Positions 1-49,532 are shown, numbered from the stretch's first letter. The stretch: 64,000 nt of DNA from Amoebidium appalachense (GCA_963693365.1 CAVNZM010000004.1:124001-188000); one strand, 5' to 3'. The notes: a model not told the origin generated them from the letters alone. A program made the numbers and translations.

Positions 1-163
1 TGAGGGGGGAGGGGGGGGGGGGGGGGTGTGAGGGGGGAGGGGGAGGGGGAAGGGAACAAATTCAAAGGGTGGGTGGGTGGGTGGGGAGGGGGGGGGGGGG
101 GGGGGGGGGAAGAGGGGGAGGAGTCGGTGGAAGAGAGAAAAGGGGGTAAGGAGGGGGGATCGG

Positions 164-196
<33 letters not shown>

Positions 197-887
197 CTGC
201 CAGCTGAACCTTGTTCACATAAAGTTGTTTAAATGATTGATTTCCGGTTGGACATTGCACCACAACCCCTGAACTATAAGCAGAACTGCAGGCAATGCAT
301 CTGTTCAGGATACAAGCATGTATTGAAACACCACTAACATCATACCATACATGTCAAACCTTCGGCCAATAAGAAATAATCTTGTTGCTCACAGCTCTCC
401 ACATAGATGCTTCCTTGGGGTATGTAGACCACCACTATCTGCTATAGTAATACACCAGTCACCATACACGACCATCTACTCAATACGTACCTGCAGCGAA
501 TGAGGCACCATTAATCTTTTTCCAATCGGGCATTTGTTGTCATCCTACATGTACGTGCTCATATAGTCATTATCTGATAGTTTCCTGCTGTCTTCACATA
601 TGTATTTGGAAGCATTATAAGTACACCCTTCACTATTATTCACCACGCCCCACCCTTCGTATCATAACTCTCACAACTTATCTTCTACTGCCATCGCAAG
701 GCATCTTTGTTTATCCAATGCTTGAACTCACCACTCAGCACACCTCCGCATCCACAACAGATGGAGTGTTCCTACACACATGTACACACAAACATGCACA
801 CAAGCACACAGGAGCACATGTACACACAGACCCACAACTAGGGCCTGGCCCTTCCTGAGTATCTGCAGGCAGGCACATGGCGGGGAC

Positions 888-21767
<20,880 letters not shown>

Positions 21768-21769
21768 AG

Positions 21770-22437
21770 TGGCGGCTGCGCCTATCCCTCGTGTGCCTCT
21801 CCGCCCCTCGGCGCGTACTGCGGCATCTATGCCCACACGCGCTAGTTATGTCTCAGACACTATTCTACTTGCATGGGTCAATGTTGACAAGCAAGAAACC
21901 TCTAGAGCTGGCACCTTCAACGTTTGAACTCTCAGTGGCACGGTGCAAAGTGTGACGCGTGATGTTGTAGGTTTTTGTTTCTTCCGTCTGAACTGGCCAA
22001 TGAAACAAAGCGGCTCACAAAACAACCAATCGGCAACCTTTCTGTTCAATATTTGTGACGTCATTATGACGGCAGCATTCCTGCCTGAGGGCGACCAAGC
22101 ACCTCAGGCACCAGGGCCTGAGGGCGAGCTCCCGTGCCCCCTTCCGAGTCTTTCAACTTGTCATGATCATGAGGCTGAGGACTCAACTCGGACAAGTTTT
22201 CCACATCTATGCAGCCATTGTACGAACCTGGCCGCCAAATAAGCCACCAACCTGCGAGCTCTCTTTCGCACCTGCTTACGGTGATGCACCTACGCTACTG
22301 TGGCCGACACCAAACACTACACTAATAAGTTGGCATAGGCTTTGCAAGTTGGAGAGAGCCGACAGGATCCTGTAAGGGGTCTGTAAGACCTCACGGAGCA
22401 TAAAGGGCGCACGGTGCAGGGTTACACAGGTGTCAGC
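21770..22437. promoter_or_regulatory. Putative bidirectional promoter with CCAAT boxes and a CRE (TGACGTCA, 22056-22063)
   Basis: Divergent ATGs at 21767 (-) and 22438 (+); CCAAT at ~21997 and ~22026; no microsatellites. Confidence 0.5.
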
Positions 22438-23049
22438 ATGGCGCACACAGAGAGCAAGCGCGTGTGGGGGCAGACGCTGGCCACGCAGCAGGAGAGTGTG
22501 GCCACAGTGCAGGGCATACAGAGGGACCTGGCGCAGGCCATAGGCGCAGGCACGGCCACTATGGGCGAGCTGGAGCACCAGGGGGCTGCACTGGGCAACA
22601 TAGAGAGGAACATGGACAGTATAGCGGCCAGCCTAGGGGGTGCAGACAAGGCGCTAAGTGCTATGGAGGCTCAGTGGAACCCCTTTGCCTGGCTGTGGGG
22701 TGGCGGCAAGGAGGGCAGCGCCAATTCCTCACAGCAGGTGGCCACACAGAAACAGACTGCACACAGTCAGGGGGAGAGCCAAAAAGAGCAGGCAAAGGCC
22801 AGCGAAGACGAGGGCTGGTTTAGGTGGCCATGGAGCAAGGCCCCGGCCGAGGTGCAGGCACAGCAGGGCGAGATAGACCGCGGGGTAGATAGTGTGGCCG
22901 AGAGTGTAGCACACCTCAAGGGGCTGGCCCTGGGGCTGGGCGAGACGTTGGATAGCCACAACCAGCAGCTGAATAGACTGGGGGGCAAGGTCGACAGCAA
23001 CGTGGAGGGAGTGAGGCAGGCAAACCGGAGGGTGGACGGGCTACTGTAA
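22438..23049 (+). CDS. SNAP-25/SNAP-29 family Qbc-SNARE, intronless
   Basis: Two heptad SNARE motifs (AGTATMGELEHQGAALGNIERNMDSI; HLKGLALGLGETLDSHNQQLNRLGGKVDSN...QANRRVDGLL); no TM segment; first ATG at 22438. Confidence 0.9.
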   Translation: MAHTESKRVWGQTLATQQESVATVQGIQRDLAQAIGAGTATMGELEHQGAALGNIERNMDSIAASLGGADKALSAMEAQWNPFAWLWGGGKEGSANSSQQVATQKQTAHSQGESQKEQAKASEDEGWFRWPWSKAPAEVQAQQGEIDRGVDSVAESVAHLKGLALGLGETLDSHNQQLNRLGGKVDSNVEGVRQANRRVDGLL

Positions 23050-24012
23050 ATAGGGTATGGACAGTGGCCTTGTGTGGCACGGGTGTGCTCTGAAAGGGTG
23101 CCACCTTGTGGTGGCCACGCGCTTAGAACTGTAAACGTTTGTGAGAGACCATGGGTATCACCTTAAGACTCTTTCAACGCTTTCTTTTGTATGTATGTTA
23201 GAAGTGCAAGGTAAAAATGGCAGTACGGGCAAGGAACTGACAGACTGGTGTTCCAGGCTAGACGGCACGTCTGTCCTCTTTCATTCTTCGTAACGGTAAC
23301 ACAGCCACTGCTGGGGTATGAAGGGTATGATGGCCTTGTGTTAGGTTTAAAAAGAAGGACACTGAAAAGAGTGATACAGTTGAAACTGTGCACGGCTCCA
23401 AAAGGATGGTTTCAACACCCCTTAATACAGACGGTGTTCACCTCAGGAGTGTTGTTGCCGAGAGCGGGCATTCCGACCTCGTTGTCCGACCCACCGAACT
23501 TCATAGCTGGCGGTTACGCAGACAAAAACACAAGCCACAACGCGTAGGATTAGCCCTATATCCTAAACATTCGTGTCGTGTGATGTCTGTAGGAGCAGTG
23601 TCCGACACATACACATAAATAACTAATGCGTACACATACCGTTCGCCTGCAGAAGTTGAAAACAGGAGCGTTAACCATCCAAGAACGGCGCCCACACTTA
23701 TGCCAGGAGCGTGCACACCCACGGTACAGATATACGTACGTTTAGTTGTGAACTACGTAAAACTACGAGGAGACACGAAACTATACACGATGACAGACTC
23801 GTGATGCTGGCACACGTCATTTCTGACCTGCCAGCAGCCCTGGTGCTTTTCACACGGCTCTGCTTCACGGTGACCGGCATTGCCGCTGCATACAAGGGTA
23901 CTATTCCTCACTCACATACGTAGGTGACACTCGCGCACATATGACCCGTTGGAATTTAGTTAGGCTCAAAAGGTTTCTTCTTTGCTTTCAGTCCACAACG
24001 GTGCAAGTTCTG

Positions 24013-24111
24013 TTCAGTGACTCGGACTTCCAGTTGCTGAGTCAACTCTCTAGCGGAGATTTCAGTGTGACTCGGGCTTCCAGTTGCTGAGTCAACTTGT
24101 TTAGCGGAGAT
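24013..24111. repeat. Tandem ~50-bp duplication; each unit has a TGACTCGG/CTGAGTCA inverted repeat and an AP-1-type TGAGTCA
   Basis: Units at 24013-24060 and 24061-24111, followed by ATTGG/CCAAT boxes upstream of the protease gene. Confidence 0.75.
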
Positions 24112-24470
24112 CTTGCATGTGATTGGCTAAATAAAATGCAGCCAATGACTGGAAACTCAAATCTGAGAATAGATGCGCATGATCCATTTCATAAAGCCCT
24201 TTTATAGAACATTTTGAAATTTACTTTAAACGCTACAGAAACCTAATATCTATTATTATCAACTTAAATTGTCTGTGTGTTTCGCCGAATGTGTGGTTGC
24301 AAGACGTTTGCGCCAACACCGGGCCTCCATGACACAAACTTCGCTGCAAGCCCGGTGCACAATCCTATGTATGTAGGGTTGAATGGGGTGCACCTGATAT
24401 GCCAACCACAGTCCAAAAATATCAAAAAAGATCAGATGCAGGTGCCGGCAGGCCACAGCAGGCAGGCGGT

Positions 24471-40558
<16,088 letters not shown>

Positions 40559-42460
40559 GCGTACTTTGAGAAGAAGAAGTGAAATGGGTCAATAAAATGA
40601 GGAAAAAACAGTGTTGCTGTGGCTCAATAGGGACATCTTGCTCTGCCTAGGTGACTGGGGGAAGGGGTGAGAGGGGAGGGGGGTCATCGAATATCTTTTG
40701 TCTTATTAAGGGCGTGGGGCCACAGGGATAAGCGACAATCTCCCACGGATGACAGTTGACGACGATGCATATGGGAGGGTCTACGTGTAGCACGTGCGGA
40801 TGCTGTCGTGCAACTGCATATGAATCATGCGAATGTACATATCCATTAGCTGTATGAATGAAAACTTGTAGTGAATGTGTGCCATACTTTGTATTCCATG
40901 CCTCTATGGTTTTTTTGTTTATTTTTACCCCACAATTGCCTGTGAATCCGAACTTTTATAATATGCCCAAATTAATACCAAGCCCTAAATCTAGATGGAG
41001 TTTCTTTCAATGACGAGAGCCAAGTGCTGGCTTACGTCATGGTTACAGTGTCGACGTTGCACTAGTAACAGAGAAAAGGTGATTAGCTAGACTTCAAAAC
41101 TGCAATCTGATCTAACTAGCTATGTGTCTGAGCGATCAATTTGCCACCTAACATAACTACTAGATTAGGACCGGATCGCCTTTGCAGAGGTAAAGTTATA
41201 CATGCAGCCACACTGTGTAGGCCGGGCGCGTGGAGTGCAGATCAACAAAGCAAGTCAGAGTGGCCAGTAGTAGAGGTAGTTCAAATTCGGTAACTGAGAG
41301 AAGTGAGCCGGTCAGTCAGTTTATTATCTGCTGGGCAAACAGGCTCCGCCCGGTAGCAAATATACTATGATCAGCACGAATCCAACTGGTTGGTGCTATT
41401 TATCATATGGTAATTCTCATTTATCCTTCGATACACCCGTTGTGCGATAGGACTATAAGCCCCTCAATAATGTGGCTGGTCCACAACACTAATGGAGCTT
41501 TTACATAGTATTACATGGGTTCCTAACGCCGCAAAGACTATGCAGTTATAACTTACTGTGTGGCAATGTTTTTAACTGCAAGAGTAACTTAAACTTGCCG
41601 ATAAATCACCACGTGCAGGCTCTACTAAAGAATGCAAACCAATAAATAGCTAGGTATTCAATTGGATGGCTCCAAACACGGCAACCAAACGAGAAGCTCT
41701 GGCAACAGGATGGCAACACATTTAGCAATGTCGTGGACACGCTATGCATACCAGCAGAAGCACCGAAACAACAAACAATCACAGATACAAAACTGTGTGG
41801 TTTCCTTGGTTAGTGGCTATAACCAAAACCGGAAAACCATAACCTTGCGTGCGCAAGGACTAAGTGCAAATGAATTGCCAATGTAGCCAGTTGCCTCCCA
41901 TTCACTATGTATTTGAGAACATAAACTCTCCAGGCAAGAGCCCGTGGTAAGAGTGCACACAAACAGATACGGCAGCTATAGGGGCACGGCAGCTATAAGT
42001 CGTGTTGCGGAATGATTTTTTTCTTATCTTTTATTTGCCCTCATTTTTTGGCCCACACTGTTGCCTTATGTAAAGCACTGCCAGTTTTGGATAGACATGG
42101 ATGGAAGAATACCTTAGACTTGTCATGATGTTTGGATTTTTAGTGTGAATAAATTTTGAATGTAATTATGTGTTACCGTAAATATGCCACACGGTGCAAG
42201 TTTCCTGATATTTACTTGGTGTCTGAAGAAGGATGGGGAAAAAACAAAAAAAGGGTGAAACCCAACCAATTGATTTTCTTCTTAGTTTATATGGCGCTTC
42301 ATAGAGTAAGACCATATTTTATAGAGTAAGAAAACCCTGGTGTATAACACTATACCGACTAGAGTCTATGTACCTGATATGACTACTCTGAGGGGCCCCA
42401 AGCAAAAAACCCCCATATATATATATATATATATATATACCTGAAGCTGGTCCCTCTTGT

Positions 42461-42654
42461 GCCAAAAAAGGAAATAACCTCTCTTCCTCCGCCTGTTCAA
42501 GCCCCTCCACTCCACAATGGTTACTGTGTAGCAATGCACCTGGTTCTCGGAGCCAAGAAATTGGAGTCCAATTTTTTTGGGCCAAAAAAGGAAATAACCT
42601 CTTTCCATCCGCGTGTTCTGGCCCCTCCACTCCACAGCCGTTACGTATGGCAAT
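42461..42654. repeat. Imperfect ~75-bp direct repeat with 120-bp period, intergenic
   Basis: GCCAAAAAAGGAAATAACCTCT...GCCCCTCCACTCCACA at 42461 and 42581. Confidence 0.8.
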
Positions 42655-42878
42655 TCTATATTTTTAGCAGTTCTTGTTGCTAATCAGACAAGGGCATTTA
42701 TAAAATGTGTGACAGGAAAAGTTCCTGATGACTTGATTTCAAGCTTGATTTATTAGTTCTTTTGCAAGTGGCCTCATAGTCCCTTGCATACTGTAGTCCT
42801 AGATCCTAGAATGGTAGAGTGCAAATTTATGAATTTCACGACCAAGGTATAAGAATGTTCAATATGGCAATATTTGGT

Positions 42879-42915
<37 letters not shown>

Positions 42916-43208
42916 TTGGTTATACGTATACTCGACAGCATCCGTAAATTCTTAGGAAAGTGCACAACGTGACATGATGCTGGTGTGGTGGTGTTGTGAT
43001 GGTGGTACACGGTCAGTTATATACTTAATCATTCTGTTGCATCAAGTTTAAGGCGGCCTCCAGCTAGACTGGTGCACCCCCTGCTCCCTTTCAACCGGAT
43101 GCAGTGCCCCCCCCCCCCCCTCCCCCTTCCCCCCTCCTCTCACCCGTTTACTCAATCCCCATCCTGGCGCCGACTTACCCTCCCTCCCCCCCCCCCCCCC
43201 CTGTTTAC

Positions 43209-43246
<38 letters not shown>

Positions 43247-43896
43247 TCCAACAAACACAAACACATACACACGCTCCTGCCGGCGTGGCTGGAGTAGTAG
43301 CCTTGGGAAAGTGTGTACGTATATAGTTAAGGTTGTGAAGGATGGTTTAGTTTAGCTGAGCACATAGGTAGCACCCTAACTATGGTACTGTCGGTGCTGT
43401 GTGGTAGAAGATAATTTCCCTAGAGGGCCTGCAAAGGTACCCCGGGAACAAAACGTGATAAAATAAAAAAATTAAAACAATACACACATGTGATTCGCGG
43501 CACGCACACACACGCACACGCCAGTGCACGCCACACTCAGACGCACGCGCGCACACAGAAACACGTGCACACACACACACACACACACACACCACACACA
43601 CCTACAAACACACACGTACACATGTGTACACACCCGCACACACACGCACACACAGCTTCACGCGTGTCACACACGCGCACACAAATTGATCCACCCACCG
43701 GTGTACGTGCACACACACACACATACGCAGACGCGCACACCCATATGCACAGACACACACCGTGGCACACACAGTTGCGCAGGTCACTCACCCACACGCG
43801 CGCACACATACGCACCCACACACTCACACGTGTGCGCAAGCATAGACACACACACACACACATGCACACACACACACGGACGCGCGCGCCCGTAGG

Positions 43897-44292
<396 letters not shown>

Positions 44293-45080
44293 CCCACACT
44301 CACCCCTCCCACCCCCCTCCCCCTCCCCTCTCCCCCACCACGGCTGCCATATTTAAACAGGCCCACCCAGTCTGCCAGACTCCAGTTGAAGCTGCGGCAC
44401 TCAGACGGCCGGCTCACACTCCGGCTTACTCAAGCTCCTCGCCTGCGAAGTGCGAACTCGTGTGACGAGTCTTGTCGGACTCTATAGCTACGGCCGGTTC
44501 AACATCAGTGACTCATCACAATCACAATGGGCCCGATAGTTCGTCAATTTGCGCGCATCTGACCCAAACCCAATCAAAATGTTTCTTTAGATTCGAATAA
44601 CGCATATAGCCTATAAAGGCTAATAGTTATGAGTATTTACGCATTTGGATTTGCGGAGCTGTCAACCACACAGAATGGAGCTGGTGTCTATGGGCGGTGC
44701 TGTGTAGGCCAATCAATAACGGCCTAGATCCGCCGAGTTCAACGGGCTAATTTGTGTTTTCTTCGTTTTTGTGAACAACCCTCTGATAAAATACTTGTGA
44801 TACTTGCAAACCCCAAAAACATAAACTTTAGAGTTAGCTTTCTAGCTAGTGTGAGTGTTGAAACCTGAAAAGCAAAGCAGCTTGATTACCTGTCAAGATC
44901 GCCGCCTTGTAGGTCAATTCGACTTTCTGCACATAAAAGGTTTCCATAGCATCCACGTTTTTAATACTACCGTAGAGTTGTTTTCGTTAGCTTTGTAGCT
45001 TCTAATTAAGAGTTAGTACCGCGTAACCGACATTTTTGACTGGTGCAATAAATTAAGTAATGGCCATCCACCCATAAACC

Positions 45081-47583
45081 ATGTCTGACCGTACCCTGAC
45101 CGTGTGGCTTTCTTCCCTGGGGGTGTTGGACGACTCAGACCAGCAGCCAGATACCCAGCTGCCCCCCCGCCTGCAAGATGGCATCGTTTTGTGTGAGGCC
45201 CTCAATGCGCTACAACCCAACGCCATACCTACAATATACCGTAATATATCTGCCAGGGGCGCAAAGAGGGAGAACTTGGAGAATTTTGTTAGAGAATGCC
45301 AGGCCCTGCTACCGCCAGAAACAAAGTTCTTTGAGCCAGCGGGATTTGCTGAGCAGGGGACACAGGGCGACCTAGTGATAGGGGTTGTCAGGGCGCTTAT
45401 GTTAGCAGCCAACCAGGAGGTAAATGGGCACGCGGAGGGTACAGGGGAGGATGACGAGGTGGGAGAGGAGAATGGGGGTTTTGACCTGGCACAGTTTGGA
45501 ACGGGCAGGCGAGCAATAGCGCTGTATGCATATGCAGGAACGAAGAGCGACGAGTTGAGCTTCTCGGAAGGGGCTATTATTGAACTAATAAGCACACCCG
45601 ATGAGGGTTGGTGGGAGGGAAGGATAGGTGACATGTTCGGGTGGTTCCCAACACCATACGTGCAGGAATTCGACGGCGAACCCCCAGTAGTAGAGGCAGA
45701 CAACGCAACAACGGCAGAAACGGGCACTGCAAAGCACGGCAATACGCGATTATCGGCCGACGAGGTAGACCCCGAACACAGGCAGCAGGTGATAAACGAA
45801 ATAGTCGAGTCGGAGTACAACTTTATTATGGAAGTCGAGTCGTTTTTGCGCAAATATGGCACGTCTTTCCGGGAGTTGCCTACCATTCCAGACAAAGCCA
45901 AAAAGGCGCTGTTTTCGAACCTGTTCCGAACGGTGCAGTTCCACAACCAGTTCTACGACCGCCTGGCCGAGGAGACGAAAGACCCCAACTACGGCCGCCT
46001 GTTCATCAGCAGCTTGCCGGGGTTCTATGCCCTCTACACGAAATACTTCACGGCCCACCCGTTGTGTGTGGATGTGTTTAAGCGGTACCGGAACGAGCCG
46101 TCGTTTGTGAAACTGTTCCAGGAGGAGGAGCAGAGAACACAGCAGCAGGGGCTGGCAGCCGTCATAGTGCCCATGATACTGAACCGACCCATCGAGAGGG
46201 TCAAAAAATACCCCGTCCTGCTCAAGGTGTGTGGTGCTTCGACCATATATGCTCCACTTTACCGTTCTCACACAGCACTGTGTTTGTGTGTGCCAGATCT
46301 ACACCTGCTTTCACTGGTGTCGTATGACACCCACACACACTTGAGCTCGCGCATACGCACCTGTCTCTGTTTTTCCTTCGGCCACAGCCCTTGATCTCCT
46401 TTCTGCCTCTTTTCTGTCCATCCTCCCCCCACTTCTTTTCGTGCCTCCACTCTCCCTCGAGGACTGTTTCTGCTTACTCTGCACACTCTCTGTTGATTTG
46501 TTTCTGCACGCCGCTCTATGTCCAGCACCGTGTTCTTTGATGCCGTTGCACTTCATCATGCTCCAAACAACCCCTCCCCACCCCCCTCTTCCGCCTCTTC
46601 CCCCCCCCCCCCCCCCCTCTCCCCCTTCATCCCCGGGGCCTCCATGCCCATCCTTTGCTTCCCTAGCCCCCTCCATCACCAAGCCGGCCTGCCTTGCTTC
46701 TCGGCGCTTCTTACCCGTATCAACCACTCTGAACACTGTCCCTCCCTTCTGTCCCCTTCTGCTTCCCCTCCCCCCCCCCCCCTCCCCCCAACACACACAC
46801 CCGACTCCACACACCCCACTTCAGCTCATCCCGACTTGGTGTTTTAGTCCCTCCGCTCCCTCACTCGTTCATCCAGTCACGTCACGTATTCACATTAACA
46901 TGAATGCATGAGACCAAGTACAGATACACAGCCCTGCCTTTTGCCTGTCCCGCAATCCGTGCCCTCCTGCACCCACAGTTCTCTGCTCTGCTAACTCCCA
47001 CATGGCTGCTCTAATCCCCTTAACGTGCCCCCACCCCACCCACCCCCTTCTGCATTCCTTTGCCTCCTTGCCACGTAGCACCTCGGCGTTATTGCTAGTC
47101 CATATCCCCCCTTTGCCCCCCAACCACCGTCCCCCACCCCTCTCCCGTCGCCTTTGCCTTGTCTGGCTCTCTCTGCCATTCTTCCCTCTTCCCTGCCTCC
47201 CTCCCCCCCCTCCCCCCCCCCCCCTCCCCCCCCCCCCCCCCCCCCTCCCTCCCCCCCTTCCACACACACACACACACACACACCAACACCCACCCCAGCC
47301 CCCCCAACACAACTACACACACACCACTACCGCCACATCCTCACCTTCCCGCTTGCTGGGGCCTCTGCAAGCACCAGTGCCTTCCTTTTCCTCTTCATAC
47401 AATCATCTCCTAGCCACAATATTGAGCCCTCCTCCCTCCCCCCCCCCCCCCCCCCCCCCCCTCCTCCTTCCCCCCCCATCCTCATCCTCTTCCTCCTTCC
47501 CCTTCTCCTCTGGTACGTAGGGCGCCTGCCTGGCACTTGCATGCTCTTCGGGCAAACAACACATAACCAACGTGCCCCCCCCT

Positions 47584-47624
<41 letters not shown>

Positions 47625-48968
47625 CCCTCCCCCCCCCCCCCACACACACACAGTGTTATTTTGCATACTCGGCCTTGTGTTGGCCATCGTAAATGCTCTA
47701 GTGATGGACTCCCCCCCCCCCCCCCCCACACATCTTCACCGTTTTGCTCACCTTGCTTGCATAAGCAACCCTGCTCGTCTTTGATCAAGACGGGTTGACC
47801 CACCCAAGTTCAGTTGATGCTGCTGTCTGAGTTGGAGCGTCGTATATACGCGGGCTAAGGGGTCGAAACTCAGACGCAATTGATGACTTGGGCCCTCCCT
47901 GAGGATGGGCTCTGCTTATGACGCATACTGTGCGCATGGCTGATGCTGCATACTTGAATGTTTGCCTTTGCATGTGTCCTGCATCATGCTTCTCATCGTC
48001 TATGCGTACTTCGTACTGTGTTCCGCATTCAAACCCCCCCCCCCCCCCCCCCCCGTTACGCGCACGCATGCACACACCGCTCTGTTGGCGACAGCTCCCT
48101 TGGAACCCATGCGGCATGTTACCCGCCGGCGTAACATAACTCGGACTATCGGTTCGGCTTTTTTCAAGTCCAAAGCAATGGGTGATAACATATTTCCGGC
48201 TGACATCCGGGGGCATAGCTTTCCGTTCGAAGACGATAAAGTTCTGCCCTAGTAAGCGTGTTACTACCCTGCGGCGTGGGTCAAATCTCATATTTTCCCC
48301 TCTGATTGCGAATTCTGCGGCCTTCGGGACTTAATTCTTTTCAGCTGGTGTAGTATGTTAGCCAGGGAAGTATCGACTTAGGTATCGACGATGGAGCTTC
48401 CTAGAAGCCCCGTCTCCTGAGTTCCTATCTATATTTTTCTTGCTTCTGCTTACTGCTGCAACTTTAACCCCCGGCCTTTCCCACTGCCCTTGCCTGCATA
48501 AGCAACCCTGCTCGTCTCTGATCAAGACGGGTGACCTACCCATGTTCAAGTGAAACAGTATCTGAGTTGGGTTTCGTTAACGAGGTGAATAGGTCGAAAC
48601 TCGGGTACTGTGGATGACGTGGGCCCCCCCTGAGGATGGGCTCTGCTTATTATGCATTTATGTATGTCTTGCATTCTGCATCGTGTTATCCGTTTGTTCT
48701 TGTGTACTTCGTACTTTTTGACGCATTCAAACCCCCCCCCCCCCCCCTCTCCCTCCCACCCTTTTTTCCCAGCCCTATTGCACATGTATGCTCAGTGTGG
48801 TAGCTTTTCATGCGAAAGATACCTCTCCCCCCTCCCCCCCTCCCTCCACCTTCCCCAAGAGGATGGGCTCGGCTGTTTATGCATACTTTTTATATATGGT
48901 TTGTGATCAGCATTCTGTTGTCGGTCATGAATGTGTACTTCATACACTATATGACCCATTCTAGCCCG

Positions 48969-48999
<31 letters not shown>

Positions 49000-49497
49000 T
49001 CTCCCCTTGTATCCCCATGTGGCCGTTGAGTCTAATGTGTGTTCTCTCCACTGTGATGTTTGTTTCTTTTCTTTTCTCTTACACCCACCTTTGATATTGT
49101 GTGCAACACCTTGGCCCCCACCTGATCCCAACCCAACCGTCCTTCTGTACCAGGGTCTGATGCACAGGCTCACACATACACATGATCACGTATGCCGTGG
49201 TATGCAACCCACATTGTCACCGAGCACATGCACACACGCCTGCCGTACTCGGCACACAGTACTCCTCCCTCCCCTCTCTGCCGCCCCAAAGCTGGGACCC
49301 TCATACACTGAGCCCTTTTTTATGGTGCATCGGTGCTGTAATCCACCTTAACCACATAGGAGTGCGCTTGAACTTTTGACAGCGTGCAGGCACACCCTAT
49401 TCTTCGGATATTCATTTCTGTACCTGCCTTTGCCCCCACTGGCAGCACAGATGTCATGCATTATCGCATACCTTGGGCACAGAGGAGTTTGCCCCCC

Positions 49498-49532
<35 letters not shown>

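Noticed and set aside
45053-46271. Long antisense ORFs over PIX exon 1
   Set aside because: Shadow frames of a genuine coding exon; no recognisable motifs.
48575-48620. glmS ribozyme resemblance (GTTAACGAGGTG...TCGA...GGATGAC)
   Set aside because: No AGCGCC cleavage motif, and the similarity is not kept in copy A.
48590-48640. Hammerhead ribozyme (GAAAC...GTA and CTGAGGA)
   Set aside because: Stem II cannot form, copy A lacks the UH triplet, and the GAAAC bases are used in a covarying stem.
48515-48645. U2/U6 snRNA, RNase P/MRP, SRP, TPP riboswitch or HDV-like identity
   Set aside because: Only short scattered matches; diagnostic motifs (GTGTAGTA, ACAGAGA, CR-I/CR-V order, HDV L3 and J4/2) are absent.
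47751-48731. LTR pair of a TRIM or retrozyme (A - internal - B)
   Set aside because: A and B are far more divergent than B and the distant copy C; there are no TG..CA ends, and no PBS or PPT was seen.
48715-48731. IS200/605-like right end (TTCAA) with TnpB/Fanzor omega-RNA
   Set aside because: No TnpB/Fanzor ORF in the window, the would-be guide is poly(C), and the structured core lies ~75 nt from the end. Not supportable here, though not formally excluded.
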